Shown here piece after piece: positions 42,556 through 53,614 of a DNA stretch of 64,000 nt. This stretch comes from Naegleria gruberi (taxonomy: Eukaryota). Numbering within the stretch: the stretch's first letter is position 1; each line of letters starts with the position of its first letter. Position numbers and translations under genes: made by a program. The stretch lies in the NCBI GenBank assembly GCA_000004985.1, contig GG738862.1, one strand, 5' to 3'. A model generated the notes under the pieces. It made no database searches. It had not been told where the DNA came from and was given only the letters and a program-made list of their open reading frames with translations.

Positions 42556-44166
42556 ATGCAACAACTTCCCGATGAAATTCTTATGACAATTTTTACCTAT
42601 TTACCAGCCGAAGAAATTGTTGGGTGCATTAGTTTAGTTTCTAAATATTGGTATCAAAATTTGTGTTCAGAAATGGATTTAAAAGTAATCCAAGTAAAAT
42701 CACATCAAATTCCTAGCTTTGTAAAATGTCCCATGCTGAAAAAATTAATCAAGTTACATCTGATTGATGAAATTCATTTAGATCACTTTACATTGATTGG
42801 AAAATGTGAATTTCTTGAAAATCTACAGGTTTTAAAAGGAGACTATATGAATTTTGCAAGTCCTAAAGTGTTGTGTTCTTTAGTTTTCAGCAAATTTGCT
42901 ACAAAGTTGAAGAAAATCAAAAATGAATGGTCCTCTGTTTCATATTATAGCTTTGAATGGGCTGAGCAAATACTTCCAAACATAGCAGAAATTACAGGAA
43001 ATCCATTATGGTATCATGTTTTAGGAATGTGTTCTAACAAATTGAATGGATATTTTAAAGCAAGTGATCTTGGATACATACCTTCTCTGATACATCTTGG
43101 AGAGAAATTTGAAGATGTTGATGTAGAAGAAAGTTTTCATTACTATTTAAAAGCAGCAGAATTGGGTAGCCCTAAAGCTCAATATTTCGTTGGTCGGATG
43201 TATCAAATTGGTGAAGGTGTTAACCAGGATTTGAAGGAAGCATTCCAATGGTATTTAAAATCTGCCAATCAAGGACGTGTAGAATCAATATTTCAAGTTG
43301 CAACTAATTATAGAAAGGGAATTGGAATTGAAAAGTCTTTGTCAAAAGCTGAAGAGTGGTACCGAATTGGGGCTTTGAAAAATCATCCTGCTTGTCAATT
43401 TGGTTTAGGGCAAATTTTATTACTAAATGGATCGAGTACAAATTGTAAACAAGCAGTTTCATTCTTGATGAAATCAGCAGAGCAGGATTGCTTTGGTGCC
43501 ATGCATACTATTGGAAAATTATATGAATACGGGATTGGGCTTGATACGGATTTGGAAAAAGCATTCGAGCAATATTTGAAATGTGCAAAAGAAGGAAAAG
43601 ATTTAGAATCTGAATACCTAGTTGGAAAAATGTTAATTCAAGGAAAGGGAACGAAAAAACATTTCTACAGAGGTTTTAAATACCTTGAAAAAGCAGCAAA
43701 TAGATCCCATAGATTGAGTTGCATACTAGTAGGAATTATTTATCGCTTTGGATTAGGAGTTGATAAGGATGTTGAACAATCCAATGAATTATTACAATCA
43801 TTGGATTTAGATATTGATTTGTTAATTGATCCAACAAAGGTTGAGTCAGATTGTACTTGTAATTTGTGTTTCAATACTAAAATCATTAAGGGGTATTATC
43901 ATGGATGTGAGAATGAACAATGCAACTTTGAAATTTGTACAGATTGTTATGAATCAATCATTGACTTACAATGTCAATCATGTAAAGGAAATTCATTTAA
44001 AAAGAAGAATGCCATGTATGAGCTACTACCAACTCTGAATCAGTTATTGGAAAATTCAGAAGAAACCAAACCAAAGAAAAGAAAGAAGAAAAAAAATGAA
44101 AATCAAGATGGAAGGAAATTATTTACAGAATTCATGAATAAGCTTACAACAGCATTACAACAATGA
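42556..44166 (+). CDS. F-box protein with ~7 Sel1/TPR-like repeats and C-terminal Cys-rich zinc-finger-like region, 536 aa
   Basis: F-box LPDEILMTIFTYLPAEEIVGCISLVSKYWY. Sel1 repeats (AxxWYxKAAxQG...AQYxLGxMYxxGxGV). The C-terminus reads CTCNLCFNTKIIKGYYHGCENEQCNFEICTDCYESIIDLQCQSCKG. ATG after an A-run; TGA stop. Confidence 0.75.
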   Translation: MQQLPDEILMTIFTYLPAEEIVGCISLVSKYWYQNLCSEMDLKVIQVKSHQIPSFVKCPMLKKLIKLHLIDEIHLDHFTLIGKCEFLENLQVLKGDYMNFASPKVLCSLVFSKFATKLKKIKNEWSSVSYYSFEWAEQILPNIAEITGNPLWYHVLGMCSNKLNGYFKASDLGYIPSLIHLGEKFEDVDVEESFHYYLKAAELGSPKAQYFVGRMYQIGEGVNQDLKEAFQWYLKSANQGRVESIFQVATNYRKGIGIEKSLSKAEEWYRIGALKNHPACQFGLGQILLLNGSSTNCKQAVSFLMKSAEQDCFGAMHTIGKLYEYGIGLDTDLEKAFEQYLKCAKEGKDLESEYLVGKMLIQGKGTKKHFYRGFKYLEKAANRSHRLSCILVGIIYRFGLGVDKDVEQSNELLQSLDLDIDLLIDPTKVESDCTCNLCFNTKIIKGYYHGCENEQCNFEICTDCYESIIDLQCQSCKGNSFKKKNAMYELLPTLNQLLENSEETKPKKRKKKKNENQDGRKLFTEFMNKLTTALQQ

Positions 44167-44566
44167 AACAACTCATCAATGGAAAGCTTTAAATATCCGC
44201 CATAGTACCATCATTAATTTGCAGGAAGCCAAGTACTTCTTCTGTTGGAGATGGACATTGTCTTCCATGGCACTGGTTCCCTTAATATAATCTTTTGCAT
44301 CCATGGAAATGATTACTAAATTGGCGCCCACACCCGAACAAAGAGTCCATGTTAAATCCTTTCATAACAAATTTCATAACATGAAAGAAATGGTTTAACT
44401 ACCAACATTGTTACGAGCACTTATTAATTTCACATGGCTGTCATCGCATTACTCTTAACCAAGTGACACGCGCAGTTTTTAAAAAGACAGAGATGATTCG
44501 AATCTATTGATTTAGTACGCTACGACGTTCCTGTGCTGATACTCAACTTACTCATCACCCAAAAAA

Positions 44567-46436
44567 ATGACAAGTAGAGTTAAACTAGTTTTATTTGCTC
44601 TTTTCTCAATTGCCTTGTTATGTTTGACCATTCAAGGTACTGAAGGAAGAGGCATTGCTAAACGTTTCCAAAGAGCAATTCAGAAAGCTGCTCAAAAAGC
44701 TGCTGCCAGAGTAACCATTAATCATTGTCAAGCTGTTGGTGATCCTCATATCACTGATTTCAGAAGACAATACAAGGTAGGTTTTGAAATTAGACCAATT
44801 AATTGACATGCAATAGGATCATTATGGAGCTGGTGATTATGTTTTAGCCGAAACTGAGGATGGAAATTTTGTTGTACATGGAAGAACCACAAAGTTTAGA
44901 ACTGTCAGTGTTCACACTGGTCTTGCTGCTCTCATCAATAAGGAACGTAGAATTGAGTTTGATCTTGGCACTCGTCAAATTTATATTGATGGTGTTGTTA
45001 CCAATATGAATGTTGGACAAAAGATTCAATTAGATAATGCTGGATCATATGTTCAAAGAACTGGTCCACAAACTTTGGTTATTGCTGGAAAAAGAGGTGA
45101 AAGATGTACATTCTCATGGACATTCGCATGGTTGACACCATATATTGATTTCTACTTGGATGCTCCTTCCAATGTTCCATTCACTGGTGGTGTATGTGCT
45201 GACATGAAGTATTTGACAAGTAGTGCTAGTGGTGTTTTCCGTAATCACATAAAACGTACCATTAATACAGTTGTTCCAAAGAAACCAACACCAGCCAAGA
45301 TTGAAAAGGCCACTAAGAAATGTACTAAAGCTGGTTTGAGTTCTGCACTCCATCCAATGGCTTTCCGTTCATGCATGGAAGATCAAATTCAATTCGGTGG
45401 AAAGGGTGGTGATGCTTTAGCTAAGAATGCTGCCAAGAATCAAAAACATCACGATAAGAATGTCAAGAAGTGGAAGAAACAAGCTGTCAAGAAGGCAATT
45501 GCCAAGGCTGTTAAAAAGGTCATTAAGAAGGCAGTTGCAAAGGCAAGTCCAGAAGAAAAGAAGAAACTCAAAAAGCAATTGAAAAAGGTTGCCAAGAAAG
45601 TTCAAAAGAAGGTTGTTAAAAAGGCTGCCAAGAAGGATGCCAAGAAGAGAGCAAAGAAACTTTCTAAGAAGGCCCAAAAGAAGGCTGCCAAGAAACTTGC
45701 CAAGATTTTGAAGAAATCAGGTAAAAGAAGTAAAAGAAGAGCTGCAAGACGTGCTAAAAGACAAGCTGAAAGAAGAAAGAGATTGGCTAAAAGACGTGCT
45801 GCTAGAAGACAAAGATTGGCTGCTAGAGAAGCTGCTAGAAGAAGAAAAGCTCAAAGACGTGCTGCTAGAAGAGCTGCTAGACGTCTCAGAAGAGCTGCCA
45901 AAAAGAACTCAAAAAGACATTCCAAGAAGGCATCCAAGAGATCTAAGAGGAGAAGACACTCTGGCAAGAAATCCCAAAAGAGAGTCAAGAAAGTTATCAA
46001 GTGTGCTAAAAGAAAGAGAGGTGTTAGAAAGTCTAAACGTTCCACAAGACGTTCTCTAATCAAGAAGGCCAAGAGGGCTGCCAAACGTGCAAAGAAAGCA
46101 TTGTTGAAGAAGAAACGTTCTGCCATTAGATCTCAAAAGAGAGCCATTAGAAGATTAAGAAGAACTGTTAGAAAGTTGAAGAGAAAGTCCAGAAGAGCTC
46201 GTAACATCGTTAAGAAACTCAGAAGACGTGCTGAAAAGACTGGTAAGAAGAGAGCCATTCGTGCTTACAAACTTGCAATTAAGGCTGCAAGAAGAGCCAG
46301 AAGAGCCGCCAGAAGAGCATGTAAAAAAATTAACAAGAAGGCAAGAAAGATCAATAAGCTTGTTAAAAAGATTAAGAAAGCTGCTAAAAAAGCTGCCAAA
46401 AAGGCTGAAAAGAAGGTTTTGAAGAAGAATAAATAA
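44567..46436 (+). CDS. secreted protein: signal peptide, VWD-like domain (CxxxGDPHITDF...), then ~330-aa Lys/Arg/Ala-rich polybasic tail; 2 exons
   Basis: Exon 1 is 44567–44776 (MTSRVKLVLFALFSIALLCLTIQG...CQAVGDPHITDFRRQYK). Intron is 44777–44816 (GTAGGT..ATAG, 40 nt). Exon 2 is 44817–46436, in frame with the ORF at 45006. The junction gives the GDPH..DG/DHYG pattern of VWD domains, followed by ..FVVHGRTTKF...IDGVVT.... The tail is made of KKAxKK / RRAARR units (AKKAAKKLAKILKK..., RRAARRAKRQAERRKRLAKRRAARR...). TAA stop. Confidence 0.7.
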
Positions 46437-46508
46437 ATCTAAACCGTTGGTGTCACCTGGAATAAGGAATATCACATTGCGCCTAAATAGGATAATTTTG
46501 GGTGTAAA

Positions 46509-46582
46509 GCCTTCCTAGCTCAGTTGGCAGTAGCGCTGTCCTAGTAAGACAGAGGTCTTGGGTTCGATTCCCAAGGGAGGCA
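46509..46582 (+). tRNA. tRNA-Thr: tRNA-Thr (anticodon AGU)
   Basis: GCCTTCCTAGCTCAGTTGGCAGTAGCGCTGTCCTAGTAAGACAGAGGTCTTGGGTTCGATTCCCAAGGGAGGCA. Acceptor is GCCTTCC/GGGAGGC. Anticodon stem-loop is CTGTC-CTAGTAA-GACAG with anticodon AGT. T-arm is TTGGG-TTCGATT-CCCAA. It resembles eukaryotic tRNA-Thr(AGU). Confidence 0.85.
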
Positions 46583-47031
46583 TTCTTTTACACTCTCAAT
46601 TTGCATTTTTTTTTATTTCTTATCTGTTCTTTATTTTGAATTACGGATCTTAGTATTGGTTCTTCAAAGTTAACATACGTTTAGGTTCAAACTAGTGTAA
46701 TCAGAGAAATGACTTGGAATCTATCTTTGACCTTCCAATAAATATTGTAAACATCTTAAATACGTCCGTTTAATGCAGCCGACCCAAATAGTTCCAGTGA
46801 GGCGCATCAATTCAATACGCACATGCGTCATTAAATAAGCAACCAACACAAAAAAAATAACAAAATTCTCCTCTTCTTCAGCTGAGCTTTGTTATTTTCT
46901 CACTCATATTTCAACCACTGCAGTAAATATCAAGAGAGAGTTTCATCACAATTTTCAATTTTATTTGCATTATTTAATATTATCCGTATTCCATATTGTT
47001 ACTAAATATAAAATACAATACATAATTGAAA

Positions 47032-48742
47032 ATGGGTAATGTCATTGCTGATCAAGTGATGGAATCAAGTAATGGACTTTTTGGATGGAGTTCGGGAAGC
47101 CTTCTTGTGGCAGTACTTGTATTGTTTGCATTGTACAAGTTTATAGTGGCTAGTTATGGAGTCTATTCACAAGCAAACAAACTAAAGATGATTCCTGGAG
47201 TGAGCCAATACTTCTTTTCTCCTTTTTATATTCCATTCTTTGCTCCGTATGCATATATGGGTAATTCAAAACATGTGCCAGAATTTATTGAAAAGTATGG
47301 TGATAAGAATAAGACTTTCAGACTTTCATTTATTGACCGTTCAGCACTTTGGATAAGTGATCCAAAATTATTGAAAGAGTTCTTTATTACAAAGGCAACC
47401 CATTTTGACAAACCAAAGTTTGTTTATGAAATGATGAATATCTTTGGAGAGAATATTTTGACAGCTATGAATAACGATACATGGAAGAAGCATTTCAGGA
47501 TTTGCAGTCCTGCTTTTGTCCCAAAGAACTTGGAATATACTTGCAGAGTTGCCACAAAAACTTGTGATTTAATGTTCAAGAATTGGAATAGAAAAATTGA
47601 AAAGAATGGAAACATGCAATTAACTGTTGGCGATTATTCTGATATTACACTTGGTAAGTTTCAGTTGACGACTCAATCAATATTTAGAGAGAAAATATAG
47701 ACATTTTAGGAAAAGCTGGATTCAATATTGATTTTGGTATCTTTTCTGATAATGCTGAAGGTAGAAAATTCAGAGAGTCTATGGATTTAATGATGGCTAA
47801 GGGTCTTTTGATGAGAAGATTTTTGAAAGCTGATTCATTTTTATATAATTTAATTGGAAAATTCACTGGAGTTATTGAGGCTATTGAATATTGTGGAAAT
47901 ACTCTCGATAAAATTATCAATGAAAGAAGAGAAGCTGTCAAGCAGCGTATCAGTGGAGCTAATGATGATGAATATAGTGATATTTTGAGTTTGCTTGTAG
48001 AAGCCAACGTACTTGAGAACTTATTAACAGATGGTGAAGTTAAGAGTAATTCGATGATAATGGTGCTTGCTGGCCATGAAACGACGTCAACTTGTAAGTT
48101 TGATTGCATGATAATGTATCTCATCTCATCCTAATAGTGATGCAATGGGTTTCTTATGAAATTTCAAAGAAGCCAGAAATTCAAGACAAGTTATTTAAGG
48201 AAGTTACTGAGGTTTTGAATGGAAGAGATCCAACCTATGAGGATGTCGAAAAGTTGCACTATGTTAATGCTGTTTTGATGGAAACTCTTCGTTACAGACC
48301 TCCAGTTTCTGCAATTATTCGTCAAGCAAACAGAAACACTACTCTTGGAGATTATCCAATTCCAAAAGGAACTACCATCAACCCAATGTTCCAATATCTT
48401 CACAAGAGACCAGACATTTGGACTGAACCAAACTCTTATATGCCAGAAAGATTTGTTGACCCACAATTCAGAGAGGAATCTCAACATAATTTAACATTCT
48501 TGGCTTTCAGTTTTGGTAATAGGTAAGTATTGATGATATTTCAATTTGTAATATTAACAATATTAAGACAATGTATTGGTAAGAAGTTTAGTTTGTTGGA
48601 GGCTTGTATGATTTTGGCTAAACTTATTCAAAACTACAAGTTTAGATTGTTGAATGATGAAACTGTTGATCCAGTTGTTAGTCATATCAGAGTTGTAAAT
48701 AGACCTTCCAAAAATATGAAAATTGAAATTACAAGAAGATAA
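47032..48742 (+). CDS. cytochrome P450; 4 exons, 521 aa
   Basis: Exons are 47032–47653, 47710–48093, 48138–48522 and 48568–48742. Introns are 47654–47709 (GTAAGT..TTAG), 48094–48137 (GTAAGT..ATAG) and 48523–48567 (GTAAGT..TAAG). All are frame-consistent and anchored to ORF ends. The spliced protein gives the I-helix AGHETTSTLMQWVSYEISKKPEIQ, the K-helix ETLR, PERF, and the heme loop FSFGNRQCIGKKF. N-terminal membrane anchor present. Confidence 0.85.
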
Positions 48743-48877
48743 ATTGTATTAATTCTAATAAACAAATATTGTACATAGTTATTTTACAAGATTTACAATG
48801 ATTTTTGAAATATCTACAAATCTTTCACCCATGAAGTGCGAATATCTTCAGCATTATCAACCCAAAATCTAATTCCA

Positions 48878-49162
48878 TTAAATATTCAAAATACAGACAA
48901 AATAAACATACTGTTCAACTCCTTCAATAATAAATCCATTCTCGTTATTTTTCTCAATATTATGTTCGATAATCTCTTTAAAATTCTTCGACGAATTAAG
49001 GTACCCTTCTGAGAGTAATGAATCGAATTGATCAATCGAATTTTTAAATGCACTATCTGAAAATAATGTCTTTTTAGCAATGCCATTCTCATCCATATCG
49101 TACTTTTCAATCAAGAATTTTGATAATTTCTTTTGATTCTCCTCACTCAAAGAATTGTACAC
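48878..49162 (-). CDS. hypothetical protein, 94 aa
   Basis: ATG ORF with moderate complexity. A possible upstream exon at ~49348–49500 encodes MTKKRTRSQTRKKVEPNSSSDDE.... It ends at a GTAAGT but could not be joined in frame. Confidence 0.35.
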   Translation of the reverse strand: MYNSLSEENQKKLSKFLIEKYDMDENGIAKKTLFSDSAFKNSIDQFDSLLSEGYLNSSKNFKEIIEHNIEKNNENGFIIEGVEQYVYFVCILNI

Positions 49163-49648
49163 TTCATACGAAAATATTTTCTAGTAGTTCCACAATGATG
49201 TTGAAAAATGGTAAATCTTTCCTCAACAACCTACATTCAAATCCAATCTAGTCAACACTGAATTTTTAAAAAACAATCTATTTATCTGATTTCTATTAAA
49301 TTTTCAATATAGATCTTCATGCATGTATTAAACTTACGAATATTCCGATTTTTTCCTTGATGATCCCGATGATGATGTTGATGAGGAGCCAACTTCACTT
49401 GTACTATCAATAGTAGTTGTTGCTTCATCATCAGAGGAAGAATTTGGTTCTACTTTTTTCCGAGTTTGTGATCGTGTTCGCTTTTTCGTCATTTTTTTTA
49501 ATTTTTACTTTTTTAAAAACCAGCAAAATATGGAATTATCAAAGTCTATTACTTTTTGTAAATTAAATGTATAATACTAGATATTAATACTTTCAAAAGT
49601 TTAGAGTTCGTTGTGAAATTGAATTATTTTTTAAATTTTCAAAAAAAA

Positions 49649-50551
49649 ATGGACGAATCAAACTCTGTTTCTCTCACGCTTACTGATCTTCATCCAATTT
49701 CCAATTTATTCACAAAATTAAAGCAAAAACTTTCCCATCAACCAATCGTGCCATTTTCTCTCCAAAATTTCAAAGTTGTTGACTCCATTTCTTCCGATTC
49801 TTTTAATTTGTCAATTTGTTATGAATTTAATTATCTGGTCACTGGTTGTGATAATCACATTGCAATTTATGATTTACTCACTCATAAACCAATATTTGAG
49901 AGAATTGAATGTGAATGTGGAGTTTATGGAATTGATTTGGAAAGAGAACATTCAGGAAAGTGGAATTTGATTATTTCCTCTCGAAATAATCAAGTTTTAA
50001 AGTTTGATTTTAGCAAGATTTTGAGTGAAAAGAGAATTGGAGAACCAATTTATAAGATTGAAAGGGAATTTGATCATGTTTGGGCTGTCAGATGTTTTAA
50101 AACTGAGCTTTATGTGGTTGATTATCAATCAAAAGTTTTTGTATTCGATTTGAAAACAGGAGTGGAACGTACAGATATTATAGTTGATTTGAAGGAGGGA
50201 ATGGTTGACCTGATTTTTACACCAAATGAGGAAATGATTGTTTGTGGATTGGATGTATTTCACATTCTCAAATTTAATTCACAATTTTCTACTTGGGAGA
50301 TCATTAAAACCTATTCGAATGATACTCAATTGGTACAAGTTAAGGATTGCTATTGTGTTTGGTATGAAAGAAAGACAAAACTAATCTACATCTCAGATGG
50401 ATGTGGGAAAATGTTCATTTTCGATAGAGAATTCAATCTCCTCAGGGAAATCACTTCTCTTGAATCTCCTTATGGGATTGTAATTAATGAGCAAAATGGA
50501 GAAATGTTCGTTTGTGAAACAACTTCACAAAAAATAACAATTTACAAGTAA
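49649..50551 (+). CDS. hypothetical beta-propeller-like protein (NHL/YVTN-like repeats, tentative), 300 aa
   Basis: Repeated segments of the form ..YGIDLE..., ..LYVVDYQSKVFVFD..., ..YGIVINEQNGEMFVCETTSQKITIY. First ATG at 49649 after an A-run. Single exon. Confidence 0.55.
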   Translation: MDESNSVSLTLTDLHPISNLFTKLKQKLSHQPIVPFSLQNFKVVDSISSDSFNLSICYEFNYLVTGCDNHIAIYDLLTHKPIFERIECECGVYGIDLEREHSGKWNLIISSRNNQVLKFDFSKILSEKRIGEPIYKIEREFDHVWAVRCFKTELYVVDYQSKVFVFDLKTGVERTDIIVDLKEGMVDLIFTPNEEMIVCGLDVFHILKFNSQFSTWEIIKTYSNDTQLVQVKDCYCVWYERKTKLIYISDGCGKMFIFDREFNLLREITSLESPYGIVINEQNGEMFVCETTSQKITIYK

Positions 50552-50624
50552 AATTAATTTAGTTTATAGATTTCAATACATGAAGTATACTTGTGCTATG
50601 TAGATCATGAATGAATGAAACAAT

Positions 50625-51416
50625 TTATTTAAAGTTTACAGTGTGGAATCTTAGTGTTTTTTTGCCGCCATTTCCAACAACTGGTGGCAAGACTAATTCT
50701 TCTGGTGGTTTATCGATGGAACTGCAAATGTTTTCTAACCAACCCTTTCGTTTGGCATTTGACTTTTTCTTTGAGTTGCTACCTGTTGGAGTGGTTGGAG
50801 TATTAGAATTGCTAGAGGATACACTGGAAGAAACTCCAGCAGACGAAACTGTGATTGAATGATTAATTGCAAAAGTATTGTCCTTCTTTCTCTTCTTCGA
50901 TTGGTCGTAGAATTCGTTCGAGCTGGAAATTTCCTTTCGTTTCTTTTTAGTTTCTTCCTGTTGAGGAGGTTGAGGATTTGGTTGAGCTGCGAAAATGAGA
51001 TTTGCAAAAGGTTGTTCGATAATTGCAGCAATTGTGGATTGTAATTGCTCTTCAAAGAGTGGAGTCATGGTTTCGCCTACTAGCAAAGGATTCATCAATG
51101 AATTGTTGCTATTCGAAAGTAAACACTGTTCTGCAACATTTTCATTGGATGAAATTAATTCAGAATGTAAATCTACATTATTGAGGGTTATACTACTAGT
51201 ACTACTATCGGTTTGTTGTTGAATCGGAATTGGAGAAAAGACGCTGGATTGGTTTTCAAAATACTCTACATTACTAGACGAAACTATTGACGAATCAAAA
51301 CTAAAGGATGGTTCTTGATTAAACAAAAGAAAGACTTCATTGTTTTGAGGGAATAGACTGTTCAATTCACTTTCCCAATTGTCTTCCAAAATAAAGTCGG
51401 CAAGAGTCGAATCCAT
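50625..51416 (-). CDS. Ser/Thr/Asn-rich hypothetical protein with basic C-terminal region, 263 aa
   Basis: ATG ORF with low-complexity S/T-rich stretches. A basic cluster KKKSNAKRKGW lies near the C-terminus. No recognised domain. Confidence 0.5.
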   Translation of the reverse strand: MDSTLADFILEDNWESELNSLFPQNNEVFLLFNQEPSFSFDSSIVSSSNVEYFENQSSVFSPIPIQQQTDSSTSSITLNNVDLHSELISSNENVAEQCLLSNSNNSLMNPLLVGETMTPLFEEQLQSTIAAIIEQPFANLIFAAQPNPQPPQQEETKKKRKEISSSNEFYDQSKKRKKDNTFAINHSITVSSAGVSSSVSSSNSNTPTTPTGSNSKKKSNAKRKGWLENICSSIDKPPEELVLPPVVGNGGKKTLRFHTVNFK

Positions 51417-51877
51417 TTGTTTTTTTGTTTTGTTTGTAATAACAATTCCTTATTGATTCGTTTTGTTTCAGAACGAAAGTACTAAAAGAGCCTAACGACA
51501 AGTTGACGTTTAACCTTAGAAATATGGCTACATTCCAATTATATGCCAAATCTGTCGGTTGGTTTGAAAAACTCTAGACAAACCGAATAGTTTGCTCTTG
51601 TAATCTCGTTTCAAATATTTTGTATTCTATTCAAAGGGTTGTACACCTTGTTGAACTTGTTTCAGCAAGGTTCCATTTAAGGAATGTAAGACACTTTTGG
51701 ATCATGTGAGCTGCCATCTTCGCAAGATTGCGAAAGATTTTCCCATCACTGTCAATTATTACAAAACTCTTTACAACATTGTAAATATTGGTAATTTAAG
51801 AAAGAGATTCGAATTAGCAACTGTCATATTAGTAATTTGACAAAACAATGACAGAAACCAATCGAGCCAATGAATAT

Positions 51878-53614
51878 TTATTTTGAATTATGATAAAAGT
51901 AGAGTTTCAGATTATGATTTTTAAATATTCTAATGATGGCATCAAGTGAACCAGATTCCAATACAACTGGATCATATCTCACTCTGATAATACGAAGTTT
52001 TTCGAATGATGTATTCTGAATCAAAGCTTGTGCACTTTCTGCATCATAAATGGTGACATCCAACCTGGTTACCTTATTCATTGGAGCAGAATACATTGCT
52101 CGAGCCAATGATGTAATAGGAGTGTTCAAAATAATTTCCTTAATATTTGAAAAGTCTGAATCCATAGTGATTGACATTGTCTTGTAATTTTCAATGGTTG
52201 TCTTTGGTATAATATGTAAGGTCAATTTGTCTAGATTTTCAAATGCTGTACCAACTCCAATATCAGTATTAATTAATTTTCCAATAGACCATTTCAAGGA
52301 TAATCTCTTCAAGTGTGTATATGGATAAATTAATAAGTGTTCAATATCATCCACATAAGTACATTGATTAATTTCAAGGAACTCGAGTTGTGGAAATTTC
52401 TCTGGAATCGATACAAGTTCTTCTTGACAGTTTGCGTGTATGTGACGAATGGCTAACGTTTTCAAACCGGATATAGTCAAGTTGTTGTCTAACTCTTGAA
52501 AAACTTCTGGGCTATCTACCCTATCAATATACAGATATTGTAATTTTTCCATCTTCATCTTGAACAATTGTACAAGAAATGCATCACCAAAACCTCCAAT
52601 ATTTAGATAGACAAGGTTGGATTCTTTACCTATAGTAGTGGTAGTATCAGCAAGTGTGATAACTTGAGAAGGGCTTGCTTTCAAACGTAGGTGAGTGAGT
52701 TGAATAAATTTCGAGTTTGAAAAAATGGCAGTAACTATGGATGAAATTTGAGCTACTGGTATAGTGGTAAATTTCAAATCCAATTTTGTAAGTGAAAATA
52801 TTTCAAAGGATGAAGGAAAAGGACCAAGCTTTGTAGATATATTTTCCAATTTCAATTCTGTCAATCTCTCTTTAACAGAAAGAAGAGATTTATATACCGT
52901 ACGTCCAATATTGTTCACAGATACTACTCTTAAATTGTACAAGTATGGATTATTGATGGCATATTTGAGATCTGCTGTTTTTCCAGGAGAAAATGAACAA
53001 TCGTCAATTACAATAGTCTTCAATTTGCTCAAATTTGTGTTATGTACATCAGGTCCAAGAACTGTACAATTCAAATGTCTTATTCTCAAATGAGTCAAAT
53101 TAACACATGCTTTGAATATCCATTGCCATGCTTTAGGTTTCAAATTTGCACGAACATCCAAACAGGCAAGATTCTTAAAGCATGGACTACCAATAAACTT
53201 TTTCAGAACAGTACTCTTGATCGTTTCTTTAATGTAGGCCATAGTCACTCCACATTGTGCTTGTTTCCACTCAGACGAAACACTCATCAAGCGAATGGTT
53301 TGAAAATAGGGTAAATATTGCATAATCTTGGAAACTACATCCGAACAGAATACATTACTACTTTCATTACTGGCATAGAAAGGTGAACCGGAAGTGTTGC
53401 CATCAGAAACCATTGCTTCTTGATCAAATTCTTCAAATTTAATCTTTTTTCGTGATGGTTCGAATTCTTGTTGATGATGATAAACATTGATCACTTCGGA
53501 ATCTGCTTCTTCGTCGTCTATTGTATCCAATTCAATGAATTCTTCATCGTCATCATCGTCAACATTAATTACTTGATGACTTCTCTTTCTGGCTCCATCG
53601 TTGGTTCTGACCAT
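51878..53614 (-). CDS. F-box / leucine-rich-repeat protein, ~579 aa
   Basis: Acidic N-terminus, then an F-box (CSDVVSKIMQYLPYFQTIRLMSVSSEWKQ). Irregular LRRs run to the C-terminus (LTHLRIRHLNCTVLG.., LTELKLENISTKLG..). The ATG at 53614 follows an A-run. The ORF-track extension to 53818 reads as poly-K from that A-run. Confidence 0.7.
   Translation of the reverse strand: MVRTNDGARKRSHQVINVDDDDDEEFIELDTIDDEEADSEVINVYHHQQEFEPSRKKIKFEEFDQEAMVSDGNTSGSPFYASNESSNVFCSDVVSKIMQYLPYFQTIRLMSVSSEWKQAQCGVTMAYIKETIKSTVLKKFIGSPCFKNLACLDVRANLKPKAWQWIFKACVNLTHLRIRHLNCTVLGPDVHNTNLSKLKTIVIDDCSFSPGKTADLKYAINNPYLYNLRVVSVNNIGRTVYKSLLSVKERLTELKLENISTKLGPFPSSFEIFSLTKLDLKFTTIPVAQISSIVTAIFSNSKFIQLTHLRLKASPSQVITLADTTTTIGKESNLVYLNIGGFGDAFLVQLFKMKMEKLQYLYIDRVDSPEVFQELDNNLTISGLKTLAIRHIHANCQEELVSIPEKFPQLEFLEINQCTYVDDIEHLLIYPYTHLKRLSLKWSIGKLINTDIGVGTAFENLDKLTLHIIPKTTIENYKTMSITMDSDFSNIKEIILNTPITSLARAMYSAPMNKVTRLDVTIYDAESAQALIQNTSFEKLRIIRVRYDPVVLESGSLDAIIRIFKNHNLKLYFYHNSK

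Noticed and set aside
45417-46475. Three minus-strand ORFs (45417–45677, 45851–46126, 46155–46475) and plus-strand 45751–46059 / 46228–46422 inside the polybasic tail region
   Set aside because: They are alternative-frame and antisense readings of the highly repetitive AAG/AGA/GCT-rich DNA that encodes the K/R/A tail. The single long plus-strand frame continuous with the VWD exon is the coding one.
49348-49500. 52-codon minus-strand ORF MTKKRTRSQTRKKVEPNSSSDDE... ending at TCG|TAAGTT as exon 1 of the 48878–49162 gene
   Set aside because: The GTAAGT donor leaves phase 2, but the only acceptor giving the downstream frame needs phase 0. No consistent join was found, so it is mentioned only in the feature evidence.
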